Positions 10,122 through 18,257 of a stretch of 38,716 nucleotides of DNA are shown here, one piece after another. The DNA comes from Fusobacteriia bacterium UBA1095. Its GTDB lineage: Bacteria; Fusobacteriota; Fusobacteriia; Bac17; UBA816. A program made the translations under genes and the position numbers. The stretch lies in assembly GCA_002313635.1 (NCBI GenBank), contig DCBY01000027.1, positions 1 through 38,716 on the forward strand, written 5' to 3'. Position 1 is the first letter of the stretch. Every line of letters starts with the position of its first letter. Under the pieces are notes generated by a model. That model ran no database searches and was not told where the DNA came from. It worked only from the letters and a program-made list of their open reading frames with translations.

Positions 10122-10749
10122 TAGCCACTAGATATTTGATTTTCATTCCTTTTTTATGGAACATATTTTCAAATTCAGTAGACGCTTCCTCAATGGCACT
10201 TTCCTTATATAAGTCATAACTTTTGACTAATATTTCAAAGTGTTTATTTATGTTATCTTCTGCAAATTGAAAGTAGTTCAAGTCATCAGTTTTCAAGAAC
10301 AGCTTTGCCCCTTTTACCATTTTTTTCTTAACATTTGCTAAAAAGTCAGAATTAGCTATCCTATTTTTTATATGCTTTTTTTTAGGCCATGGATCTGGAA
10401 AGTATATATGTAGCTCTTTTATAGCTTTTTTATTTAGTAATTCTACAACCTCTTCTGCCTTGGATCTGCACCAAAATATGTTTGGAAATTGAATGCTTTT
10501 ATTTGCTGCTAATACTAACCTTTTGTATCTAGTGTCAATACCAACAAAATTACCTGCTTTCATTTGAGAGTATTTAGTCAGAAATTTTCCTGATCCACAT
10601 CCTACCTCTAGTATCAAATTATCTAAATCTCTTATCTTCTCTTTTGTGATTATATTAGGGAAATTGTTAATTAATTGCTGGTAGGGATTGACAATATCAC
10701 TTTTTAATTTTATATCTTTGATTTTTTTCTTTATTTTTACTAAACTCAT
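10108..10749 (-). CDS. trmB: tRNA (guanine-N7)-methyltransferase
   Basis: LEVGCGSG.F SAM motif, YFPDPWPKKKH..NR, KTDD..Y, TEFE. Confidence 0.95.
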   Translation of the reverse strand: MSLVKIKKKIKDIKLKSDIVNPYQQLINNFPNIITKEKIRDLDNLILEVGCGSGKFLTKYSQMKAGNFVGIDTRYKRLVLAANKSIQFPNIFWCRSKAEEVVELLNKKAIKELHIYFPDPWPKKKHIKNRIANSDFLANVKKKMVKGAKLFLKTDDLNYFQFAEDNINKHFEILVKSYDLYKESAIEEASTEFENMFHKKGMKIKYLVAINTD

Positions 10750-10755
10750 GAAAAT

Positions 10756-10802
10756 ATTTTATCACATCCTATCTTGATGAAAGATAGTTAAAGTGATAAA
10801 AT
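10756..10802. promoter_or_regulatory. Divergent back-to-back promoters for trmB and rpmE
   Basis: ATTTTATCAC (10756-65) and GTGATAAAAT (10793-802) are mirror-image extended -10 elements; TTGATG-17-TAAAAT on the + strand. Confidence 0.6.
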
Positions 10803-10828
10803 TTATATTGTAAACAAAGGAGAAATAA

Positions 10829-11056
10829 ATGAGAAAAAAGATACACCCAGAGTATAGTAGAAAGAAATTTATATGTTCTTGTGGAAACATATGCGAAGTG
10901 GGTTCTGCTTACGAAAAAGGTAGCGAGATACACATTAATGTCTGCTCAGCCTGTCATCCATTCTACACTGGAACTAAGAGACATGTGGATGCTACAGGTA
11001 GAGTTGAAAAGTTTAGAAGAAAACAGGAGCTAAGTAAAAATAGGAGCGCTAAGTAA
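10829..11056 (+). CDS. rpmE: 50S ribosomal protein L31, Zn-binding type
   Basis: IHPEY, CSCG, CSACHPFYTG, GRVEKF; SD AAGGAG. Confidence 0.97.
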   Translation: MRKKIHPEYSRKKFICSCGNICEVGSAYEKGSEIHINVCSACHPFYTGTKRHVDATGRVEKFRRKQELSKNRSAK

Positions 11057-11456
11057 GGTAGTAAGTAAAGAGGAACTTGAGAAGCTAGCTTCCTCTATAG
11101 CAGATAATTTGGAATTTCCTGCGTTTCTGTCCTTAAATGGTCCTTTAGGGTCAGGCAAGACTTACTTTACTTCATGTTTTGCACAAAGGTTAGGAGCTTC
11201 TGCTAGTAGTCCTACATATACTTTAGTTAATGAGTATGATTCGAAAAAAGGTAAGATAGTACATATTGATGCCTACAGAATAAGCAGTAGAGACGATTTA
11301 GAGTCTATAGGTTTTTTTGATTACTTAGATAGAGGCTGCATAATGATTGTAGAGTGGGGAGAGAATATAAAAGAGTTTTTGCCAAGAAAACGGTTGGATA
11401 TATTTTTAGATTACTCTGGAAACAAGAGGGAGATTAGATGTTCATACTATCCATAG
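11040..11456 (+). CDS. tsaE: t6A biosynthesis ATPase TsaE (start uncertain; frame open from 11034, first canonical start TTG 11109)
   Basis: GPLGSGKT P-loop, SSPTYTLVNEY, HIDAYRI, IVEW; upstream in-frame SKEELEKLASSIA matches the usual N-terminal helix. Confidence 0.9.
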   Translation: MGALSKVVSKEELEKLASSIADNLEFPAFLSLNGPLGSGKTYFTSCFAQRLGASASSPTYTLVNEYDSKKGKIVHIDAYRISSRDDLESIGFFDYLDRGCIMIVEWGENIKEFLPRKRLDIFLDYSGNKREIRCSYYP

Positions 11457-11938
11457 ATACATCATCAAAGTCTGATAGCTGTTCTATAGTGACCTTAAGT
11501 GGAGAGTTAATTGCCAATATCTCTAGTGAGATACCTTCTGTACAGTCTGAAAACATAATTGATTTAATAGATTTTGCTGTGCAATCTAGCAGAATAGATA
11601 AAAGGGAGATATATAAAATAGGTGTTTGCAAGGGTCCAGGCTCTTTCACTGGAGCTAGAGTAGGTATGGCTGCTGCCTTGGGAATGTCTATATCGTTAAA
11701 AGCAGATGTTTTTGCTATAGATAAATTTGATATAACTGAGTTTGAGACAGGTAAAAAGCCTTTCTTTAAAAGAGGGAATAAGAATTTGATAAAAGAGAGA
11801 GGAAAGCTGGTAGAAGCTAAGGGAATAGGAGAAGATTGGATTGAAATAGGAGCTTTAAGCTTGACAAACTCTATAGTTATAGCTAGAATGTTAGTTAACA
11901 ATGATAAAAAATATAGAGATCTTTCAATTCTATATTAA
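11438..11938 (+). CDS. tsaB: t6A biosynthesis protein TsaB, short form
   Basis: ILSIDTS and GPGSFTGARVG motifs; follows tsaE. Confidence 0.88.
   Translation: MFILSIDTSSKSDSCSIVTLSGELIANISSEIPSVQSENIIDLIDFAVQSSRIDKREIYKIGVCKGPGSFTGARVGMAAALGMSISLKADVFAIDKFDITEFETGKKPFFKRGNKNLIKERGKLVEAKGIGEDWIEIGALSLTNSIVIARMLVNNDKKYRDLSILY
11861..11889 (+). promoter_or_regulatory. Sigma-70 promoter inside tsaB, probably driving rpmF-rnc-radA
   Basis: TTGACA (11861-66)-17 nt-TAGAAT (11884-89). Confidence 0.7.
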
Positions 11939-11961
11939 AAGTAGATTAGGAGTAATATAAA

Positions 11962-12132
11962 ATGGCAGTTTCACCCAAGAAAACCACTAAGAGAAGAAAG
12001 AGAAATAGAAGATCCCATCACGCTATTAGCCCAATAGCCTACTCTAAGTGTGTGAATTGTAACGCACCTGTTAGAAGCCATAATTCTTGCGGTGAATGTG
12101 GCCATTACGGGGAAAAAGCTAATCGAGGTTAG
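11962..12132 (+). CDS. rpmF: 50S ribosomal protein L32 (missing from the ORF track)
   Basis: MAVSPKKTTKRRKRNRRSHHA...CVNC...SHNSCGECGHYG, 56 aa; SD AGGAG. Confidence 0.95.
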   Translation: MAVSPKKTTKRRKRNRRSHHAISPIAYSKCVNCNAPVRSHNSCGECGHYGEKANRG

Positions 12133-12197
12133 ATTTAGCTTTTATACAAATGCTTTATTTGATTAGAGTTTTTGTATAAGCAGCTAAATGTTTTTTT
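12133..12197 (+). promoter_or_regulatory. Long (~24 bp) hairpin plus T7 tract in the rnc leader (terminator and/or RNase III site)
   Basis: ATTTAGCT/AGCTAAAT, TTATACAAA/TTTGTATAA and GCTTTA/TAGAGT pair around a 6-nt loop; TTTTTTT at 12191-97. Confidence 0.7.
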
Positions 12198-12209
12198 AAG
12201 GGGACATCT

Positions 12210-12944
12210 ATGCTGAAATCTTTAGATAGTTTATTAATAGACTCTTTGAGCTCTTTTGAGGCCTCTCTTGGTTATAGATTCAAAGATAAGAGTCTTCTTC
12301 TTAACTCCTTAGTTCATAAATCTTACTCTAATGAGCAGAAGAGTTTTAAGTATATAAATAATGAAAAGTTAGAATTGCTAGGGGATGCTGTTTTAGGAAT
12401 GATCGTTTTAGAATATCTCTATAAAAGATTTTTTAATCTTTCGGAGGGTGAGATAGTTAAGATAAAGTCATTTGTAGTTAGTGAGCCATCTTTGGCTATA
12501 TTTGCATCTAGCATAGACTTAGGTAGGTATCTCCTCCTAAGCAAGGGTGAGGACAATACGGGTGGTAGGTGTAGGCCTTCTATCTTAGCAGATGCATTTG
12601 AAGCAATTATCGGAGCTATCTACCTCGATGGGGGTTTTATTGCAGCTAAAGGTTTCTTATTACCCCTTCTTATCAAGAAGGTAGACTCTATCAATAGTGA
12701 TGACTCTTCTGTAGATTACAAGACATTGTTGCAAGAGTACTCTCAGTCACAATTTAAGGTGGTGCCAGAGTATACAATTTTAAATGAATATGGTCCAGAT
12801 CATGACAAAAAATTTAAGGTAGCTGCCTATATAGGTGACAGATTTTTGGCAGAAGCTATGGGTAGTAGTAAGAAAGATGCTGAACAGAATGCAGCAAAGC
12901 TTGCTTGTAAAGTTTTGAATATAAAGTCAGGAAAGATGTTTTAG
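12210..12944 (+). CDS. rnc: Ribonuclease III
   Basis: NEKLELLGDAVL, ADAFEAIIGAIYLD, dsRBD DYKTLLQEY...GPDH...SKKDAEQNAA. Confidence 0.97.
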   Translation: MLKSLDSLLIDSLSSFEASLGYRFKDKSLLLNSLVHKSYSNEQKSFKYINNEKLELLGDAVLGMIVLEYLYKRFFNLSEGEIVKIKSFVVSEPSLAIFASSIDLGRYLLLSKGEDNTGGRCRPSILADAFEAIIGAIYLDGGFIAAKGFLLPLLIKKVDSINSDDSSVDYKTLLQEYSQSQFKVVPEYTILNEYGPDHDKKFKVAAYIGDRFLAEAMGSSKKDAEQNAAKLACKVLNIKSGKMF

Positions 12945-14228
12945 ATGTTTATTTGTGAAGAGTGTGGATATAGAAGTGTTAAGTGGCTTGGCAAATGCCT
13001 AGGGTGTGGCTCTTGGGAAAGTTTTGTAGAAGAAATTAAGGTGGATAAGAAAGTGGAGCATGAGAAGCTTACGCCCAAAGCTGTAAGAGAGATTGAAATT
13101 TCTAGTAATCATAGATTTAAAAGTGGTATAGCAGAGTTAGACAGAGTCTTGGGAGGAGGCTTGACTAAGGGTAGTGTGGTTCTTTTCAGTGGTGCTCCAG
13201 GTATAGGTAAGTCAACAATACTACTACAGGCTATGTCTAAATATGCAGCTAACTCAAATGCAATTTATGTATCTGGAGAAGAGTCAGAAGAACAGATTAA
13301 ATCTAGGGCAGTTAGAGTAGGTATAGAGGATTTAAAGGTTATTTCTTCAACTAATATAGATGCAATCTTGAATGCTTGTAAGGATGCATCTGTCGTAGCT
13401 ATAGACTCTATCCAAACTATGGGTAATAGTGACATCAGTGGTAGTATATCTCAGATAAGAGAATCAATATCAAAAATAATAAATTTGGCAAAGACAAAAG
13501 GGATCTCTTTCATAGTAATTGGTCATGTGAATAAAGAAGGTAAAATAGCTGGTCCTAAGATGCTAGAGCATATGGTTGATACTGTTGTAGAGCTTGAAGG
13601 TGACAGAGATCTTCAATATAGGATATTAAGAACAGTAAAAAATAGATTTGGATCTATAAATGAGGTTGGAGTGTTCAAAATGACATCCTCAGGTATGGAA
13701 GAAGTTACAAACCCTTCAGAACTGTTTATATCTAATTCTACCTCAGAGCCTGGTAGCATAATTGCTCCTATAATAGAGGGTAATAGGGTTTTTTTAGTTG
13801 AAATTCAATCTTTGGTCTCTCCTGCATCTCTTGGTATACCTAGAAGAATATCCCAGGGAATGGACTCCTCTTTTGTTCAGATATTGTCTGCAGTGTGTGA
13901 AAAAAGTTTGAATCTTAACCTTTCTAGTAGGGATATATATTTCAATATTCCAGGAGGTATAAAGACTAAGGATACATCTATTGGATTAGCCTTAATTTTG
14001 TCGATTTACTCCTCTTACAATAATAGACCTATAGATGTTGCTGCCGTGGGTGAGGTTGGTCTAACAGGTGAACTTAGAAAAGTTTCATTTCTGGATTTAA
14101 GGGTGAAAGAGTTAGCAAGATTAGGATTTAAAAAAATAGTTGTTCCTAACAAAATTCCTGTTGGTAAGGGTGTTGAGCTTATTGTTATAAAAAATATTAA
14201 AGAAATTCCTGGACTATTATCAGATTAA
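12945..14228 (+). CDS. radA: DNA repair protein RadA/Sms
   Basis: C4 zinc finger, GAPGIGKST, DSIQT, AGPKMLEHMVD, KNRFG, GEVGLTGE. Confidence 0.97.
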   Translation: MFICEECGYRSVKWLGKCLGCGSWESFVEEIKVDKKVEHEKLTPKAVREIEISSNHRFKSGIAELDRVLGGGLTKGSVVLFSGAPGIGKSTILLQAMSKYAANSNAIYVSGEESEEQIKSRAVRVGIEDLKVISSTNIDAILNACKDASVVAIDSIQTMGNSDISGSISQIRESISKIINLAKTKGISFIVIGHVNKEGKIAGPKMLEHMVDTVVELEGDRDLQYRILRTVKNRFGSINEVGVFKMTSSGMEEVTNPSELFISNSTSEPGSIIAPIIEGNRVFLVEIQSLVSPASLGIPRRISQGMDSSFVQILSAVCEKSLNLNLSSRDIYFNIPGGIKTKDTSIGLALILSIYSSYNNRPIDVAAVGEVGLTGELRKVSFLDLRVKELARLGFKKIVVPNKIPVGKGVELIVIKNIKEIPGLLSD

Positions 14229-14277
14229 TTATAAATATAAAAATTGGGAGTGCTTTGCTACAATGAAGGAGTGACAA

Positions 14278-14550
14278 ATGGGACTGATCTTCATTTTATT
14301 TCTCTTTTCCTGTGCAAAGCATGATTTTACTCCCAAAGAAAAGAGCTTCGTTATAGAGGCTGGCATAGCCACAGGCCTTATGATGAAGGCTGCATCGTGC
14401 TATGCTGAAGTTGAAACCCCTAATGTTAGGGTAAAAATAGGTTCGCAATCCTCTGATAAAAATTCAGATTCTGAGTCTGCAGAAGATGAAAAAGAGGATA
14501 AAGCCAAACAGACCAAGAAAAAAAGCCAGAAAAAGAAGAGTAAAAAATAA
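14278..14550 (+). CDS. Small lipoprotein with an acidic then Lys-rich tail
   Basis: MGLIFILFLFS-C; SD AAGGAG; followed by its own terminator. Confidence 0.65.
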   Translation: MGLIFILFLFSCAKHDFTPKEKSFVIEAGIATGLMMKAASCYAEVETPNVRVKIGSQSSDKNSDSESAEDEKEDKAKQTKKKSQKKKSKK

Positions 14551-14574
14551 GGAGAAGCGAAAGCTTCTCCTTTT
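14549..14574 (+). terminator. Intrinsic terminator with GAAA tetraloop
   Basis: AAGGAGAAGC-GAAA-GCTTCTCCTT-TT. Confidence 0.8.
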
Positions 14575-14605
14575 AGATAATTACGTGATAGAATTAGAAC
14601 ATCAA

Positions 14606-14693
14606 GCGAGGATGGTGGAATCGGTAGACACGCATGCTTGAGGGGCATGTAGAAATAATTTCTGTGTGGGTTCAAGTCCCGCTCCTCGCACCA
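14606..14693 (+). tRNA. tRNA-Leu(GAG)
   Basis: Acceptor GCGAGGA/TCCTCGC-A-CCA; anticodon stem CATGC-TTGAGGG-GCATG; long variable arm; GGTTCAAGTCC T-loop; upstream TGaTAGAAT at 14586-94. Confidence 0.97.
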
Positions 14694-14704
14694 AGGAGTT
14701 TAAA

Positions 14705-15991
14705 TTGAATAAAAATCTCTCTATTTTTCTTTATGCTCAGGTTCTATCATCATTTGGATATAACCTTTTGTTTTCGGCTATAAATTTTTATGCTTTGGAC
14801 CTGACAGGATCACCTATTAGATTTGCTAATGTTATGTTGCTTGGTATACTATCTAAAGCTATTTTTCTACAGTTTGCAGGTATGATATCAGATACTTTTG
14901 ATAAAAAGAGAACATTTATATTAATTGATATTTTTTACATAATTCTCTCTTTACTTCTTTTGTTAGGTTCTTTCAATGACAGTTTTGGGTATCTAATGCT
15001 CATAATGGCTTCTTTTGCTATAAACGCTATTAGATCTATTTCACAACCTGTAACTAAGACACTTATTCCTGCTATAGTTGAAGATAAATCACTTTTAAAG
15101 GCTAATTCCTATGAAGTTTCAAATGATAAATTAGGAAGAATTTTTGGACCTTCAGTTGCACTTGCGCTGCAAGCACTATTTGGTTTTAGAGCAACATTAA
15201 TTTTCTCTCTGTCTATATATGTTTTAACTTTCTACTTAAAGAGAAAATTAGTTATAAATGTTGAAAAGATGTCTTACAATAGTACAAGCTTTAGAGATAT
15301 ATTACAAAAATTTAGAGATGGATTTGCTATAACTTTCTCTAATAAGTCAATCTTTATTTTATTAGTAAATGCTATATTAACTCAGATCTTTTTCCACTCT
15401 TTTATATATACAGCTCTTCCATCTATGCTACATGGCCTTAATGAAGCAGATTTAGTGACCATAAAGGGTGTTCTATCTTTTGTAAATATGACGCATGCAG
15501 GTATATGGAAGACTTTAAACTCTTGGATTCAACTAGGTGGTGCGATAGGTGTCTTACTATCTATATTTGTTATTTCAAGAAACAGAGATGTAAATGAGAG
15601 AAAAGGTCTGAGCTGGGGTAATTTCGGTATATCGCTCTTTGGACTTCTCTTTTCTGCATCAATCATTTTATTTAAATATTTTAATTTATCAACGTTAACT
15701 CTAGTTAATTTGTTATTTTTATCAAATGTAGGGTTAGTCTTTTGTTTTAATATATTTACTATATTCTTCTCTCTCTATTACCAAAGAAGAATAGATAAAG
15801 GTAAGTTGGGGAGATTTGCTGCAAATTTCATGTTTTTATTTGCTATCTCTTCTCTTGCAGGAACAGGAATATATGGAATTTCATCAACTTACGGATGGCA
15901 CTACTCTACAGTTATCTTAGTTGTGGGATCTATACTTAAATTTTTAGTTCATTTGATATTTTTATTTACAGAATCGAGGATAAATGAGTAA
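14705..15991 (+). CDS. MFS transporter (DHA3/MefA-like)
   Basis: About 12 hydrophobic segments; motif A FAGMISDTFDKKR; TTG 14705 after AGGAG (the ORF-track start lies inside the tRNA). Confidence 0.85.
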   Translation: MNKNLSIFLYAQVLSSFGYNLLFSAINFYALDLTGSPIRFANVMLLGILSKAIFLQFAGMISDTFDKKRTFILIDIFYIILSLLLLLGSFNDSFGYLMLIMASFAINAIRSISQPVTKTLIPAIVEDKSLLKANSYEVSNDKLGRIFGPSVALALQALFGFRATLIFSLSIYVLTFYLKRKLVINVEKMSYNSTSFRDILQKFRDGFAITFSNKSIFILLVNAILTQIFFHSFIYTALPSMLHGLNEADLVTIKGVLSFVNMTHAGIWKTLNSWIQLGGAIGVLLSIFVISRNRDVNERKGLSWGNFGISLFGLLFSASIILFKYFNLSTLTLVNLLFLSNVGLVFCFNIFTIFFSLYYQRRIDKGKLGRFAANFMFLFAISSLAGTGIYGISSTYGWHYSTVILVVGSILKFLVHLIFLFTESRINE

Positions 15992-17258
15992 TCTTTTTAT
16001 ATTTTTTATAGGACAGCTATTTTCAGGATTTGCATTTGAGCTTTTTCATAGCGCTACAGCCTTTTACATACTAACCTCAACGGGCTCACCACTTAAGTTT
16101 TCTTTAGCATATGCTCTTGATAATTTGCCTAAGATGCTTTTCTTGCAGATAGCAGGGTATGTGACAGATAAATTTGATAGGAAGAAGCTTTTTGTACTTA
16201 TAGATCTTTTTCAAGCCTCTTTTCTCTTTTTTGTCTTTTACATACTAAGTTTTCATGAGGTCAGTGTAAATACTCTTCTACTTCTTACTTTTGTAGCAGG
16301 TTCCTTTAAAGCATTTACCTACCCTGCAACTAAAGCTATAGTTCCTATGCTCGCAAAAGACAAGAAAAGAATGAAGGCTAGCTCATTTGAAATTTCAAAT
16401 GATAAGATAGCAAGAACTTTGGCTCCTAGTGTTGCTATACTTGTTTTTGCTAAATTTGGTCTAAAGGCGTCTGTTTTAACTACAGCTGTTATTTACGTAG
16501 TTGCATCTGTTGTCAAAATGTTTTTAGTTGTAGATTACATAGAAGTTAAGAAAGAGAGCCTAAAGGAGACAGTAGCTAACGGGTTCAAAAGTCTTTTCAA
16601 GAATAAATTAATTGTTTTTGCTTGGATTAACTCTGTTGTATCTCAGTTTATTTTTCATCCCTTCTTAACACAGGTGATACCGAATGTTCTTAAAGAATTT
16701 TCAAAGGGAGTTGAGCTTAACTCATTCCTAAAGTTTATAGTTAAGTCTTTAGGAGGTAACTTTGAAGATGTCTATCTTAGTCTATCTGCGCTTATAAGCT
16801 TGGCAAGCACTGCAGGTGTAATAGCGTCTCTGTTATATCTTCAGAATAATAAGAGAAATGTAGACTGGAAGAGAGGGATGAAGATTTCAACTATGCTATT
16901 AATGCCATCTTCCCTAGCAATTTCATTATCTATAATCTATTTGACATCTATTGGTAGTGGCAGTGCTGCTTCTTTAGCACTAATACTCTTCCCTATAAAT
17001 GCAATATTTTATTTTATGTTGAATACATATACGGTATTCTTCACATTCTTTTACCAGGAAGAGGTACCTAAACAGAATATGGGAAGATTTGTTGCCAATT
17101 TGATGACTATATTTATGTTTGTTAAGATGCTAGGGCATTTGTTCTATGGTTGGATGTTAAGTAGAGGATTCGCTCTTCCGGTTATTGTATTGATATCAGC
17201 ATCACTAATTAAGTGGATTATATTCCGTATGTTTGAAAGAGAGTTGAATACTCAATGA
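15984..17258 (+). CDS. MFS transporter (DHA3/MefA-like), paralog of the upstream gene
   Basis: IAGYVTDKFDRKK motif A; shares TGSP, P.TK...P, E.SNDK..R...PSVA and GRF.AN with the upstream MFS. Confidence 0.85.
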   Translation: MSNLFIFFIGQLFSGFAFELFHSATAFYILTSTGSPLKFSLAYALDNLPKMLFLQIAGYVTDKFDRKKLFVLIDLFQASFLFFVFYILSFHEVSVNTLLLLTFVAGSFKAFTYPATKAIVPMLAKDKKRMKASSFEISNDKIARTLAPSVAILVFAKFGLKASVLTTAVIYVVASVVKMFLVVDYIEVKKESLKETVANGFKSLFKNKLIVFAWINSVVSQFIFHPFLTQVIPNVLKEFSKGVELNSFLKFIVKSLGGNFEDVYLSLSALISLASTAGVIASLLYLQNNKRNVDWKRGMKISTMLLMPSSLAISLSIIYLTSIGSGSAASLALILFPINAIFYFMLNTYTVFFTFFYQEEVPKQNMGRFVANLMTIFMFVKMLGHLFYGWMLSRGFALPVIVLISASLIKWIIFRMFERELNTQ

Positions 17259-18208
17259 CAATACTTGGAATAGAGAGTTCTTGTGATGACACCTCTGTTG
17301 GTGTAGTTAAGGATGGGAAAGTTCTTTCTAATATTGTATCTTCACAAGATCACAACGCTTTTGGTGGTGTCTATCCTGAGCATGCAGCTAGAAAGCATCT
17401 GGATGCTATAGGTATGGTGTGTGAACAAGCTTTAAAAGAGGCGAGAATAGTGTTAGAAGAGGTAGATGTAGTATCAGCAACCTATGCACCTGGTCTTGTA
17501 GGATCACTTTTAGTAGGGTACTCTTTTGGTAGAGCTCTAAGCTATGGTTTGGAAAAGGGATTTTTTCCGGTACATCACATAAAAGCTCATATATATGCAG
17601 CTATGATTGAGAATGAGATAGAGTTACCAGCCCTAGCATTGGTAGTCTCTGGTGGACATACATCGTTAATAATATTAGATAGAGAACACAATTTTAAAGA
17701 GATAGGTTCTACACTAGATGACGCTGTTGGGGAAGTTTATGACAAAGTTGGCAGGATGTTGGGTCTTCCTTTTCCATCGGGTAAGATAATTGATGACCTA
17801 TCACAAATTGGAAATGCTAACATAGACATGCCTTTCTTCAAGAGTGATGATTATAATTTTAGTTTTAGTGGAGTGAAGTCTTTTGTATTTAGATATCTTC
17901 AAGCAAATAGTCCCAAAAAAGAGGATGTGGCTGCTTCATTCCAGAGGTCAGTGGAGAGAGCTATTGTTCCTAAAACTATAAAGGCTATGAAAGAACTAAA
18001 TCTTCATAACCTTATACTGGCAGGAGGAGTGGCTGCTAACTCTGGTCTCAGGTCAGCTTTCAAGAAGAGTGTGAAGAATGTATATTGGCCCTCTATGAAG
18101 CTTTGCTTAGATAATGGAGCTATGGTAGCAGCAGCAGCACATTTTATGATCAATAACGGTAAAGATGAAGGAGAAGTAAGGGTTAAGCCTAATTTATCTC
18201 TCAAATAA
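17255..18208 (+). CDS. tsaD: tRNA N6-adenosine threonylcarbamoyltransferase
   Basis: ILGIESSCDDT, GGVYPE.A.R.H, HHIKAH, VSGGHT, DDAVGE..DK, GGVAAN, DNGAM. Confidence 0.97.
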   Translation: MTILGIESSCDDTSVGVVKDGKVLSNIVSSQDHNAFGGVYPEHAARKHLDAIGMVCEQALKEARIVLEEVDVVSATYAPGLVGSLLVGYSFGRALSYGLEKGFFPVHHIKAHIYAAMIENEIELPALALVVSGGHTSLIILDREHNFKEIGSTLDDAVGEVYDKVGRMLGLPFPSGKIIDDLSQIGNANIDMPFFKSDDYNFSFSGVKSFVFRYLQANSPKKEDVAASFQRSVERAIVPKTIKAMKELNLHNLILAGGVAANSGLRSAFKKSVKNVYWPSMKLCLDNGAMVAAAAHFMINNGKDEGEVRVKPNLSLK

Positions 18209-18211
18209 ATG

Positions 18212-18239
18212 TTGATTTTTAGATTATTTGTACCAAACT
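18212..18239 (+). promoter_or_regulatory. Candidate alternative promoter TTGATT-16-CAAACT
   Basis: TAC-CAAACT at 18231-39 upstream of SD AAGGGG. Confidence 0.4.
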
Positions 18240-18257
18240 CTACTTAAGGGGAATACA

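Noticed and set aside
14606-14693. tRNA-Leu as a genomic-island integration site
   Set aside because: No integrase and no duplicated tRNA 3' end seen; the downstream operon runs into core tsaD
14666-14704. ORF-track N-terminal extensions of MFS1 (also pheT 296, whiA 4944, 18228, rplM 22682, miaB 36720)
   Set aside because: They overlap a tRNA, promoter or terminator, or lack an SD; downstream starts fit SDs and family N-termini
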